A stretch of 64,000 nt of DNA from a virus (lineage: Duplodnaviria; Caudoviricetes), in IMG/VR virus record IMGVR_UViG_3300032053_000004, positions 128,001 through 192,000 of that record. One strand, given 5' to 3'. Below the pieces are notes generated by a model, which searched no databases, was not told where the DNA came from, and saw nothing but the letters and a program-made list of their open reading frames with translations. The translations under genes and the position numbers were made by a program. Positions 28,587 to 37,631 of the stretch are shown here, piece by piece (positions within the stretch are counted from its first letter, which is position 1; every line of letters starts with the position of its first letter).

Positions 28587-31500
28587 ATGGGAATCGGACC
28601 TTTCACCACATACGCACCTCCTGGAGTTTACACGAGCACCTTAGTTGAACCGGCCGTCGGTCAACTTTTAGGTGGTCTTCGTATACCTGTACTAATTGGC
28701 ACAGGCCAAGAATCTATGTCTCAGGACAATTATGAAATTGTCCGTGGGTCTAGCAGCGTATCCGATACTCCGATCTTCGGAGAAGACGTCGCTGCCCGCT
28801 GGGTTGTTAGTGGTACTAACACCAACCCGGTCCTTGGTAACCAAACCGGGGATCTTTTCAAGTTCCGAGTTCGGAACTATCCGATCGTAGATGGGACTGG
28901 CATCGGGCGGACTGCCTTTGACGCTAACCGCGTTGCAGTTTCTGTCAATGGCCAACCTGTATCTGTTTCTGGTGTTGATGGCACTAACGGCATCGTCTCT
29001 CTTTTAATTGCTCCTGAGCCTACTGATATTGTTACAGTTAATTATTATTTCCACCGTAAAGATACCAGAATCACCGATGACGTCTCGATTCAGGTGACGC
29101 TCGGATCTGCCGTTCTGATTGTTCCGAGAGTAGAGACATATGTCATAGTTACTGGTGTTAACGACACATTAATCGTTAATGTCAATGATTCGGCCAGTTC
29201 TTCGACGATCGTTTTCCCGGCGGCTACATATACCGCTGCTTCAGCGGCTAATGCTATTAATATAGCGGCCATTCCGGGTCTCACAGCCTCGGTCCATGTT
29301 GATAATCAGGCCTTGAATCACGTTCAGCTCGTTGCTCAAGGAAACGTTCTGATTGGTTCAGGAAACGCCAACGGAACCTTCGGACTCAATCCGGGCGCAT
29401 ATACGAATAGAAATCGTAGTTTCCGAGTATTCAACGGTCCGATCGTTGACGGGTCTGATGGTGGCATTACGACCACTGATCCTTCGAAGGTCGTGGTTAT
29501 GGTTAATGGCACTCAGGTTCTCGCTTCGGCGGTGGACGGTGCCAATCGTTTAGTGACTCTTTCGTCTGCTCCTTTTAATGCAGCGATAGTTACTATTCAA
29601 TACTACTTCAACACATACCAAGATACTTTCGATTATCTCCCGAATTCAAATATCGTTTCGACCGGGAATGTCGGCATATCCCCTGGCCGTCGGGACTATC
29701 TGAACGGCCCCGATTTCATCGTCATAAACCAAGGCGATCAGTCCATAATTCAGTGGGGTACCGCCTTCCAGGTTCAGCCGGGAACGAGAACCGGAACCAC
29801 GTTTTTCGATGGAACCCAAGTTCTTGGGTTACTTGTCGATGATCGCATATTTGCGATAGAGTGTGCTCGATTTACTAATCCGACTACAAATTCGATCGAG
29901 ACGAATGTTTGGACGCTTCCGCTCCAGCCTACGACCGGAAATGGGCGTGATACGCCTCTTTCAACTTCTGTATTCAATGCCATAACGAATGGCAGAATTG
30001 ATCTTCCAACCGATCAGCCTGAACTGGTTACTGCTTATGTTGGAAAAACGGTCCGCGACGCTCTCGGGCGTCCTCCGGTCACCGTTCTTGCGGTTGATTC
30101 TGTGACCAATAATATAACTCTTAAAGATCCGGTTCCAGCGGATTATAGAGTTTACGCAACATTCTGGTACAATCGTATTCAGGATGACACTTATACCCTG
30201 ACGGTCATCAACGCTGGTTCTACTGGTGTTGGTACGTATAACGTCGCATCCCAAGCTCAGGGTCGTAATCTTCTGAGTATGAGATTCGGAACGAAGACGG
30301 CTCTTCCCCAATCGGTTAATTTCCCGAGTGGTTCAGAACTCAATCCCGACGCGATTCAATTCGGTGGGAACCCGGTTTCTGAAACTGCGACTATTACTTT
30401 CACGTTGCAACCGGCGACTCACGCTTCGTTCACCAATGCGAACGCGGAGCCGTACGATCTGTTTGCCCCAGGGTCGAACATTTTCGGGAGCGTCATTATT
30501 GACGGTGTTCCGATCAGCGTGAACATGTCTACGGCTTATCCGGCAACTCTCGCCGGTCAGCCGGTGTTTACTCCGGCAACTCTCGTTTTCGCGGCGACGG
30601 ATCGTCTCGTTCTTGAAGTTGATGGTGTTTCGCTCAGCCCAATCGATGTGAGCGCTCTCACTACGCTCTCGGCTGTTGCGAACTCGGTCAATGAACAGAC
30701 TGTTATCGATCTCGCAAATGAGCTGAAGGCGGATTATAACTCTCATATTGCATCTACGACATATCATCTTGCAGCGGACGTCGCTAACCCGGTTACATCT
30801 CCTGATGCAACCTCACTTGCATCTGCTATTACTCTCATAAACGAGATGCAGGGTGACTACAACGCCCACAGAGTCAGCGTAGTTTTCCATCCAAACGCTG
30901 ATATAATTAACGTATCGGCGGCGGCTGCAGCTGTCGATCTTCCGACTGCCGTCACACTCGCTAATGAACTGAAGACCGTATTTAACTCTCATCGCGTTCA
31001 GTTCAATACAACGAACGGAAACGTTCATGTTATTGATGATACAGTGAACGTTGTTTCCACTCCCAATTCTGGTGGAGTGGCAACAGTTATCACTTACGGA
31101 ACCGAACAGGTTCTGGGTCTTCAGAGCACGAAGACTCCAGCAGCAGCACCTTCTGGATTGAATGATCTTTCTAGAACCAAGGTTTTGATCCCGGTTCTTT
31201 CGGGCCAAACTGACGCGGCGTCTAAAATCGGCCTCCAGTCCAATTTGGAAGCCACTGGGTCTTACAACTCGATCAATCAGCCTGGATTCCAAGTTAGTGG
31301 AAACGCCGGACCATTCAATATTTCAGCATCGGTTACTGATCAGTTTAGGTTCAATATTGACGGAACTGATTTTACTTCAATTCTTCCGTCAGGATCAACG
31401 ACTTCAACTACAGCAGTCGCCAACGCCATCAACGGAACCATAGCTTCAGCGGCCGACATAGCAACCGCTACAGCTACGCTCGTTACTCTTGCAAACGATA

Positions 31501-33632
31501 TCAAGACTCAGTTTAACCTTCACATACCGTCTGTTGTTTTCCACACGATTGCTGACGTCGTTAATACCATAACGTCTCCTGCTGCAACAGATCTCACGAC
31601 GTCCATAACGCTTTTGAATGAAGCAAGACTGCGCCATAACGCTCATCGGGTTACTGGCGCTTTCCATCCAGCTCCGGATACGATAAACGCTGTTCTTGCG
31701 TCTAACGCAACGAATCTTGGAACAGCGATTACTCTCGCCAATGAGATTAAGGCTGAGTTTAATCGTCATCGGCTTCAGACTATCGGTGCTGTCAATGTTC
31801 ACGTGGCTGATGACGCCGTAAACGTTGTTGCGGCAGTGGATGTGCTTTTTGCAAATCCTGCGGCCTTCGCAGGAACGTTGACCGGTCAGTATGCAGGTAA
31901 GCTCCTCCTCCGTTCCTTCGTCAATACTGTTCAGTCGGTTGTGACTACTCAGGACGGAACGGCAAACTCAGTTCTTGGATTCTCGAGTTTTGTAGACGCT
32001 TTCCGTGACCAGCCTACGGCTTCGGATATCGCGTCGGCTTTGGATGCGAATACGACATTCTTCGGAGCAGTACCGGTTCTCCCTGCGGTTCTTCGGACTA
32101 GTTCCAAGAGCATTGCATGGGCGATATCCGTAGCTGGTCTTGGAATGTTCCTCCAGATTAACTCGGATACTGCCGGTTCGACGTCAACGATTTCGTTTGC
32201 TTCTGTTGCAAACACGGCGTTCATTCCGGATACTGGGATCGGAATTACTCCAGGAATCTCCGGAGATACTGGAGAAGCCACTCACTCGGGCTTCACGGTC
32301 ACTTCGTCGGACTTGATTAACGGTTCTAGTGGAACTGGTTTCCCAGGCCAGACTTACACGGACGCCCGTACCGGTCTTCGATTCACCATTCTTCCTGCTA
32401 CGAGCGGAGATTACGCGATCGGTGGGAGTTTCACTCTCCTCATAGGATCGACTTTCACCTGCGACGCGTCAATTCCGACTCGCCAAGTTCCGGGTATTGA
32501 GACTACGGTTCTGAATACGAACGGTATGGCCGCTGGTACTACGGCGTTCTTGTCCACATACCTCAGGACTGGCAATGAGCCTAGGAACGGGGATGTTTAC
32601 TACATCTCATATCAGTTCGCGAAGACTGATATTTCTACGGCTCTTTTCCGGGATCTCAAGAGGATTCAACAGAACTTCGGACCTCCGACGCCTGAATTCC
32701 CTCTGAGTTTGGCTGCTCGTTTGGCTCTTTTGAACGGTGCCGTTCTCGTTGGAATTCGTCAGGTTCTTCGGGCTCCGAATTCTTCCCAGGCTTCTCTGCA
32801 ATCATATGTCGAAGCGATTGATGATCAGCAGAAACCGATTGCTGGGAACATTAAACCGGATGTGATTACTCCTCTCACGTCTGACCCCCAGGTATTTGCT
32901 TACCTGAACCAACACTGTGCTTTCATGGGTTCACCTCGTCAAGAAGGTGAGCGTATCGGAGTTGTTGGTGTTGCGGTTGGAACCAACCCTCTCGGGGTTC
33001 AAGCTATCGCTAAGGGCTTGGCTTCTGAGCTCATGATTGTGGTTTATCCTGATTCATACGTGGTTACAATCACGGATACGGCGTCAGGTGGAAACCTCGA
33101 TCTTTTGATTGATGGGACTTATTGTGCTGCGGCCTTGGCCGGAACGGCATGCGCTCCTTCAATCGACGTGGCTACTCCTTGGACTCGTAGACAAATCCAA
33201 GGGCTCAAGCGCGTGGGTCGTATTCTTGATCCAACGGATGCCAACCAGACGGCTGTTGCTGGTGTTACCGTCATTGAGCAAGTTGAGTCGGGTCTTCGGG
33301 TTCGTCACGGTCTCACGACAAACCTGGCCTCAGTCATTACGCGTACTCCTTCTGTCATATTGACCATTCAATATGTTCAACAGACCATGCGTAAGGTCCT
33401 GGATCCGTTCATCGGCCAGAAGTTCAATGGTCAAATTCTCAAGTCAATTGAGAGTGCCATGGTCGGAGCTTTCTCGACTCTGATCGATAATCAGATCGTG
33501 GCCAAGGTTTCGGGCATATCGGCAACTGTCGATGATCAGGATCCGACGATTGCTCGAACGGAAGCCATTTACGTTCCTGTCTTCCCGCTAGAATATATAG
33601 TATCTATACTTTCTATTCGTATTAGATTATAA
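28587..33632 (+). CDS. Contractile tail sheath protein, 1681 aa, with many inserted domains
   Basis: N-terminal YAPPGVYT. C-terminal sheath core (VRHGLTT, TPSVILTIQYV..MRKVLDPFIG, YVPVFPLEYI). Confidence 0.93.
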   Translation: MGIGPFTTYAPPGVYTSTLVEPAVGQLLGGLRIPVLIGTGQESMSQDNYEIVRGSSSVSDTPIFGEDVAARWVVSGTNTNPVLGNQTGDLFKFRVRNYPIVDGTGIGRTAFDANRVAVSVNGQPVSVSGVDGTNGIVSLLIAPEPTDIVTVNYYFHRKDTRITDDVSIQVTLGSAVLIVPRVETYVIVTGVNDTLIVNVNDSASSSTIVFPAATYTAASAANAINIAAIPGLTASVHVDNQALNHVQLVAQGNVLIGSGNANGTFGLNPGAYTNRNRSFRVFNGPIVDGSDGGITTTDPSKVVVMVNGTQVLASAVDGANRLVTLSSAPFNAAIVTIQYYFNTYQDTFDYLPNSNIVSTGNVGISPGRRDYLNGPDFIVINQGDQSIIQWGTAFQVQPGTRTGTTFFDGTQVLGLLVDDRIFAIECARFTNPTTNSIETNVWTLPLQPTTGNGRDTPLSTSVFNAITNGRIDLPTDQPELVTAYVGKTVRDALGRPPVTVLAVDSVTNNITLKDPVPADYRVYATFWYNRIQDDTYTLTVINAGSTGVGTYNVASQAQGRNLLSMRFGTKTALPQSVNFPSGSELNPDAIQFGGNPVSETATITFTLQPATHASFTNANAEPYDLFAPGSNIFGSVIIDGVPISVNMSTAYPATLAGQPVFTPATLVFAATDRLVLEVDGVSLSPIDVSALTTLSAVANSVNEQTVIDLANELKADYNSHIASTTYHLAADVANPVTSPDATSLASAITLINEMQGDYNAHRVSVVFHPNADIINVSAAAAAVDLPTAVTLANELKTVFNSHRVQFNTTNGNVHVIDDTVNVVSTPNSGGVATVITYGTEQVLGLQSTKTPAAAPSGLNDLSRTKVLIPVLSGQTDAASKIGLQSNLEATGSYNSINQPGFQVSGNAGPFNISASVTDQFRFNIDGTDFTSILPSGSTTSTTAVANAINGTIASAADIATATATLVTLANDIKTQFNLHIPSVVFHTIADVVNTITSPAATDLTTSITLLNEARLRHNAHRVTGAFHPAPDTINAVLASNATNLGTAITLANEIKAEFNRHRLQTIGAVNVHVADDAVNVVAAVDVLFANPAAFAGTLTGQYAGKLLLRSFVNTVQSVVTTQDGTANSVLGFSSFVDAFRDQPTASDIASALDANTTFFGAVPVLPAVLRTSSKSIAWAISVAGLGMFLQINSDTAGSTSTISFASVANTAFIPDTGIGITPGISGDTGEATHSGFTVTSSDLINGSSGTGFPGQTYTDARTGLRFTILPATSGDYAIGGSFTLLIGSTFTCDASIPTRQVPGIETTVLNTNGMAAGTTAFLSTYLRTGNEPRNGDVYYISYQFAKTDISTALFRDLKRIQQNFGPPTPEFPLSLAARLALLNGAVLVGIRQVLRAPNSSQASLQSYVEAIDDQQKPIAGNIKPDVITPLTSDPQVFAYLNQHCAFMGSPRQEGERIGVVGVAVGTNPLGVQAIAKGLASELMIVVYPDSYVVTITDTASGGNLDLLIDGTYCAAALAGTACAPSIDVATPWTRRQIQGLKRVGRILDPTDANQTAVAGVTVIEQVESGLRVRHGLTTNLASVITRTPSVILTIQYVQQTMRKVLDPFIGQKFNGQILKSIESAMVGAFSTLIDNQIVAKVSGISATVDDQDPTIARTEAIYVPVFPLEYIVSILSIRIRL
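30711..31829 (+). repeat. Two modules (30711-31055, 31488-31829), each with three ~41-aa His-His-Asp repeats
   Basis: Consensus L-x-N-[ED]-x4-[YFH]-N-x-H-x(6-11)-H-x3-D-x2-N in all six copies. Confidence 0.9.
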
Positions 33633-33652
33633 ACGTTTGTTCAGTATTCAAT

Positions 33653-33691
33653 ATTGGAAGACATCCGAATTTAATCCGGATGTCTTCCAAT
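33653..33691 (+). terminator. Terminator after sheath gene
   Basis: 15-bp perfect inverted repeat ATTGGAAGACATCCG/CGGATGTCTTCCAAT with a 9-nt loop. Confidence 0.75.
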
Positions 33692-33764
33692 TGAATTCTT
33701 ATTAGTTCAATATTTCCCGCTTGGAGGACCATCTGTGTTTGGTTTTTAGTTAATTTATATTAAT

Positions 33765-34100
33765 ATGAAGCCTTCTCAGATCGCTCAAGCTTTAAATCAT
33801 ATTGCTTCTAAAATTCAGGCTTCAAAGAATCCTGATAAAAATCTAGTTGCGAGGGATTTAAAGAAAATTATTGCTCAAATTGACGAAGATGGCTCTATGA
33901 CTGAAGACGACTTCATTAAAATGATTGAGAAACATTTGCCAGAATTAAAAGAATGTATGGGAAAAGGGACTTCTGAAGAAAATCAAGAATTAGAAAAATA
34001 TATGAAAAAACATTTAGGTTTGGATAATTGGGATGAAATAATATCCAGAGCAGGAAAAGTTCTGAAAACCATGATTAACTGGGTTGAATCAAAGAAATAG
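33765..34100 (+). CDS. MKPSQ-leader protein 5
   Basis: MKPSQIAQALNHIASKIQASKNPDKNLVARDLKKIIAQI leader, with a helical payload. Confidence 0.85.
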   Translation: MKPSQIAQALNHIASKIQASKNPDKNLVARDLKKIIAQIDEDGSMTEDDFIKMIEKHLPELKECMGKGTSEENQELEKYMKKHLGLDNWDEIISRAGKVLKTMINWVESKK

Positions 34101-34101
34101 T

Positions 34102-34416
34102 TTAGTTTAAAAGTTCAGAGGAAATTTCTCTAAAAATTTTACTTACATTAGTTTGATTAAACTCAAGAGTTTTCTCAGAAAACATTGGAGATATCAGTGT
34201 TATGTTTGGTTCCTTTTCATCGAGCCAAACTCTAACCGAAATAGGGCTTTGAAAGTTTCCTATTTGAACTCCTCCTTTAGCTAAGTATATATTATCGCTT
34301 TGGATTTCTTTCAAATCTATAAAAGGAAAGCTTTCTGTCATTTCTTTAAGATCATCGGATAATTTCATCCGATAGAATTTTGAAATTATCTTGGACCATT
34401 TTAAATCATACTTCAT
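34102..34416 (-). CDS. Hypothetical protein
   Basis: Fills the intergenic space; transcribed divergently from the AAA gene. Confidence 0.6.
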   Translation of the reverse strand: MKYDLKWSKIISKFYRMKLSDDLKEMTESFPFIDLKEIQSDNIYLAKGGVQIGNFQSPISVRVWLDEKEPNITLISPMFSEKTLEFNQTNVSKIFREISSELLN

Positions 34417-34473
34417 ATACTCTTATACATGATAAGGTTTCAAATTTTCGGCTCTTAGTGGTATGATATTTAT

Positions 34474-36000
34474 ATGAGCGGTTCTACCCGTAAGGCTATC
34501 AATCAGGTGTCTAAAGATCCTGGTTTTTCTATAGTCAAGTCTACTCGTGAGGCTTCCTATTTACCTGCTCTCCAAGACCCTGATTATCAAATAAACCCAC
34601 AAATTGCTGGGATTATAAATTACACATTAGATAGTTTCTTTTCAAAGCAAGACGAACGGAATCGTTTTTATAATCAAAATCTCCCAAATATACCGGCTGA
34701 TCCTTCCGCAGCCTTGAAAGAGGCTTGGCTTGGATGTGAAATTCATAAATGTGTTCGTATTCATCAAGCTTATCCTCCCTTTTTAAGAAATTTACATGCT
34801 TGGGCTTTTTCCAAGATGTTTGAAGGTGGGAAATATGAAATCATCCCGGTTCTAGATACATATGAATGGAAAGATTTCATTAAAGGGAACGCTGAATTTA
34901 AAATAGAACTTTCTCAGTTAAATATTGATTTTGGGAACGCCATAACGCTTCCTGTCCACGGTCTTTTCTTTGTTTTAAACAAGACAAATAGTACTCATTT
35001 ATTAGTCAATTTTGATTTTTGTTTTTATGATCCGACTTGTTCTATCTCAGTTAATTCTTCGCCTGAGAATAAAGCTGATGCAGAACAATTTCTTCGAGAT
35101 TTTGAAACTTCTGTTCTTCAAAATGATATATACTACAAGAAGTGTTTATCATACAATCGGGGGACTCTTGATTTCATACAAATCACACCAACATCTTGGT
35201 CAGACATAATTTTAAAGCAAGAAATTATAGATTCAATCCATAATAATACGGTCGGAGTTTTAGAAAATATAGACGCGCTTCAAAGTGTAGGTATGTGCCC
35301 CAACCGAAATATTATTCTAATATCTCCGCCAGGAATGGCAAAAACTACCATTTTCCGTGCAACTGCTATGGAAGCAGTTGGTAAATTTACTTGTATTTGG
35401 TGCACCGGAAAATCAATAAGTTATCCGGAAGATGTTACTTCACTTTTTCAGGCAGCTAGGACTCTGGCTCCATGCATAATTTTTATTGAAGATATGGATT
35501 TATTTGGACGAACTCGAGGAGATTTACATGGTCAAGAGAGCCATGTTCTAAACGAATTCTTAGCCTGTCTTGATGGTGTTCAAGAAAATATGGGTGTTGT
35601 CGTCATGGCTTCTACCAATGATATTAATTCTATGGACGAAGCTCTCATAAATCGCCCTGGGCGATTTGATGTTAAAATAGAAATACCTTTGCCCGACGAA
35701 AACGACCGGGCTCGCATGCTTTCTGAATTTTTAAAGAAATTTCATGCAAAGCCAGATAAATCGATTACTAATGAAGCATGGACTAATGCTATTAGAATGA
35801 CTGATGGTTTGACCGGCGCATATATGAAAGATCTGGCAAAATCTGTAGTTATACGATCAGTGGCTGCTGGTCGGTGCCAGAATAATTCCATCCAATTTAG
35901 TTCAGATGATCTCATAGGGTCAGCTGAACAAATACTGAAGAACTTCTCAATAGGTAAAAAAGCCGTTTATGGGGATGGGTCAGACAACTCTAATCAATAG
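34474..36000 (+). CDS. AAA+ ATPase (classical clade-like, single AAA module, no protease domain)
   Basis: Walker A SPPGMAKT, Walker B IIFIEDMD, sensor ASTN, second region of homology DEALINRPGRFD. Confidence 0.92.
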   Translation: MSGSTRKAINQVSKDPGFSIVKSTREASYLPALQDPDYQINPQIAGIINYTLDSFFSKQDERNRFYNQNLPNIPADPSAALKEAWLGCEIHKCVRIHQAYPPFLRNLHAWAFSKMFEGGKYEIIPVLDTYEWKDFIKGNAEFKIELSQLNIDFGNAITLPVHGLFFVLNKTNSTHLLVNFDFCFYDPTCSISVNSSPENKADAEQFLRDFETSVLQNDIYYKKCLSYNRGTLDFIQITPTSWSDIILKQEIIDSIHNNTVGVLENIDALQSVGMCPNRNIILISPPGMAKTTIFRATAMEAVGKFTCIWCTGKSISYPEDVTSLFQAARTLAPCIIFIEDMDLFGRTRGDLHGQESHVLNEFLACLDGVQENMGVVVMASTNDINSMDEALINRPGRFDVKIEIPLPDENDRARMLSEFLKKFHAKPDKSITNEAWTNAIRMTDGLTGAYMKDLAKSVVIRSVAAGRCQNNSIQFSSDDLIGSAEQILKNFSIGKKAVYGDGSDNSNQ

Positions 36001-36039
36001 ACCCTTCATAAAACTTAACTAGAGAGGACTGAAGAACCA

Positions 36040-36552
36040 ATGAACCATAGCGAAGTTGTTAGCCGTCTGGTTGATCTTTCTGGCCGTCTTGCGGGCATGG
36101 ACCCTCAGGATGATGCGGTTCAAAGGACCATTCAGGGCCTTCAGGCCAACGCGGAGCTTCTCCGAAGCAAGGCTGCGGACGCCCAACCGGGGGGTTTTCC
36201 TAAAGATTCTATGAAGAACGATATTGACTTTATAAGTCAACAGATCTCCCGCCTCAAAGCAGCGGCTATGGTTCCCGCTTCCAATTGGCGTCGAGTTCTT
36301 TCAATCCTCGAAGGTCTAAATAACGCCGCTGTCGCAGCTTCTCGTCCCGCCAACGCTGCACTCCGTCCTAAGATTGCTAACATAGTTACGAAGGTTGCTG
36401 GCGTTTTTGCAGAAGTTGATACGGTTGAAGATCTCGACAAGCCTCTTGAGACTATTGAGAAGGCCGTCCACGGTCTCTATGGTGATCAATCAGCCAATAA
36501 GACATACTATTTTGATCGTCGCGGAAAAGGTCATCACTCAGAACCTACGTGA
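36040..36552 (+). CDS. Hypothetical helical protein (possible internal head/scaffold-type)
   Basis: SD GAGAGGA; helical sequence containing RLA, KIA and KVA motifs like those of the leader family. Confidence 0.6.
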   Translation: MNHSEVVSRLVDLSGRLAGMDPQDDAVQRTIQGLQANAELLRSKAADAQPGGFPKDSMKNDIDFISQQISRLKAAAMVPASNWRRVLSILEGLNNAAVAASRPANAALRPKIANIVTKVAGVFAEVDTVEDLDKPLETIEKAVHGLYGDQSANKTYYFDRRGKGHHSEPT

Positions 36553-36558
36553 TGGTAT

Positions 36559-37554
36559 ATGTTGTTTCTAAAACGGGCTTCTAAAAGATTTTCTTATCCA
36601 AAAGGTTGGAAAAAAGATATATCTAAACCAAAGACATATACTAAACCTGAAATACCTAAACAGATCATTAGATATTTTATTCGGTCAGATTTAAATTCTT
36701 CGAAGATCCAAGAAACTATGGATCTTTTAAATGGAAATTTAAAAGATGAATTAAATGAAGTGCTACGCCAAAAATTTGGCGATAGTTGTCAAGTTATGAA
36801 TTGGGGTAAAGATGGTTTTGGCATAGAATGTAAAAGTAAACGCAAAGAATGTAAAGATTTCATTCAATTTATAGCAGACAAATTTATTAAAAAAGGATCT
36901 TCAGATTTACAAAAACTTCTTACTAATACTGAAGAAATTTCCAAAAAACGGAAATATAATGGAACACCTAGATTTTCTCCTCTAGATGAAAATCCTATGG
37001 AAGAAAAAATTTCTTCCATAGCATCACGAATAGCTCAAAATCCAAAGCTTTCTCCAGGTGTTGCCTTTCATCTTGATGAAGATGGGACTTGGAAAGCTAA
37101 ACCAGTTCCTCCTGAAGTTCGAAGAGAAGCTGAATATAGCGGAACACTAACTATTTATGGTTATAAATCAGTGGTGTTTGAAACTCCCAATGGACAATCT
37201 TGGGCGCAGAGACTTGATTTGAGTTCTGAATCTGAAGAAAAAGAACCAGAGGAAGAACCCGAAGAACAAGAGTCTGAACCTGAGCCGGATGAGCCAGAAG
37301 AATCTGAGCCAGAAGAATCTGAGCCAGAAGAATCTGAGCCAGAAGAATCTGAGCCAGAAGAATCTGAGCCAGAACCCGAGTCCGAAGACGGGCTTGAGCC
37401 TGAAGAAGAATCTGAGTCGGAAGAAGCAACCCAGTTATCTTTCACTTTAAAGAAATTATCTTCCGAGGTTTTTGCTTCTAAAAATCCAAATCCAGAGTTA
37501 ATTTCTCGTGATTTGAGAAAAATCATTTCGATACTTTTAACCAAAAAAAGATAA
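36559..37554 (+). CDS. Protein with acidic EPEES linker and C-terminal copy of the MKPSQ module
   Basis: 37432-37539 QLSFTLKKLSSEVFASKNPNPELISRDLRKIISILL aligns ungapped to leader positions 5-40. Internal SIASRIAQ motif. Confidence 0.8.
   Translation: MLFLKRASKRFSYPKGWKKDISKPKTYTKPEIPKQIIRYFIRSDLNSSKIQETMDLLNGNLKDELNEVLRQKFGDSCQVMNWGKDGFGIECKSKRKECKDFIQFIADKFIKKGSSDLQKLLTNTEEISKKRKYNGTPRFSPLDENPMEEKISSIASRIAQNPKLSPGVAFHLDEDGTWKAKPVPPEVRREAEYSGTLTIYGYKSVVFETPNGQSWAQRLDLSSESEEKEPEEEPEEQESEPEPDEPEESEPEESEPEESEPEESEPEESEPEPESEDGLEPEEESESEEATQLSFTLKKLSSEVFASKNPNPELISRDLRKIISILLTKKR
37291..37374 (+). repeat. 15-bp perfect tandem repeat GAGCCAGAAGAATCT x5.6
   Basis: Read directly from the sequence; encodes EPEES. 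Confidence 0.95.
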
Positions 37555-37631
37555 AACTAACTGATGATATTCAGAGAATTCTATATATAATATATAGAAG
37601 TATTAAGCTTTCTTTTGTTTTATATATATGA

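Noticed and set aside
18874-33884. Diversity-generating retroelement TR/VR pairs among the leader copies
   Set aside because: Differences are mostly synonymous and not adenine-specific, the repeats are at N-termini, and no reverse transcriptase is present in the window.
37291-37374. Possible CRISPR array
   Set aside because: 15-bp contiguous repeats with no spacers, in frame inside a CDS; no cas genes. The same applies to the 12-bp and 18-bp repeats.
37579-37599. Short AT-rich palindrome TTCTATATA-TAA-TATATAGAA
   Set aside because: Only a 9-bp, nearly all-AT stem; plausible by chance in this composition.
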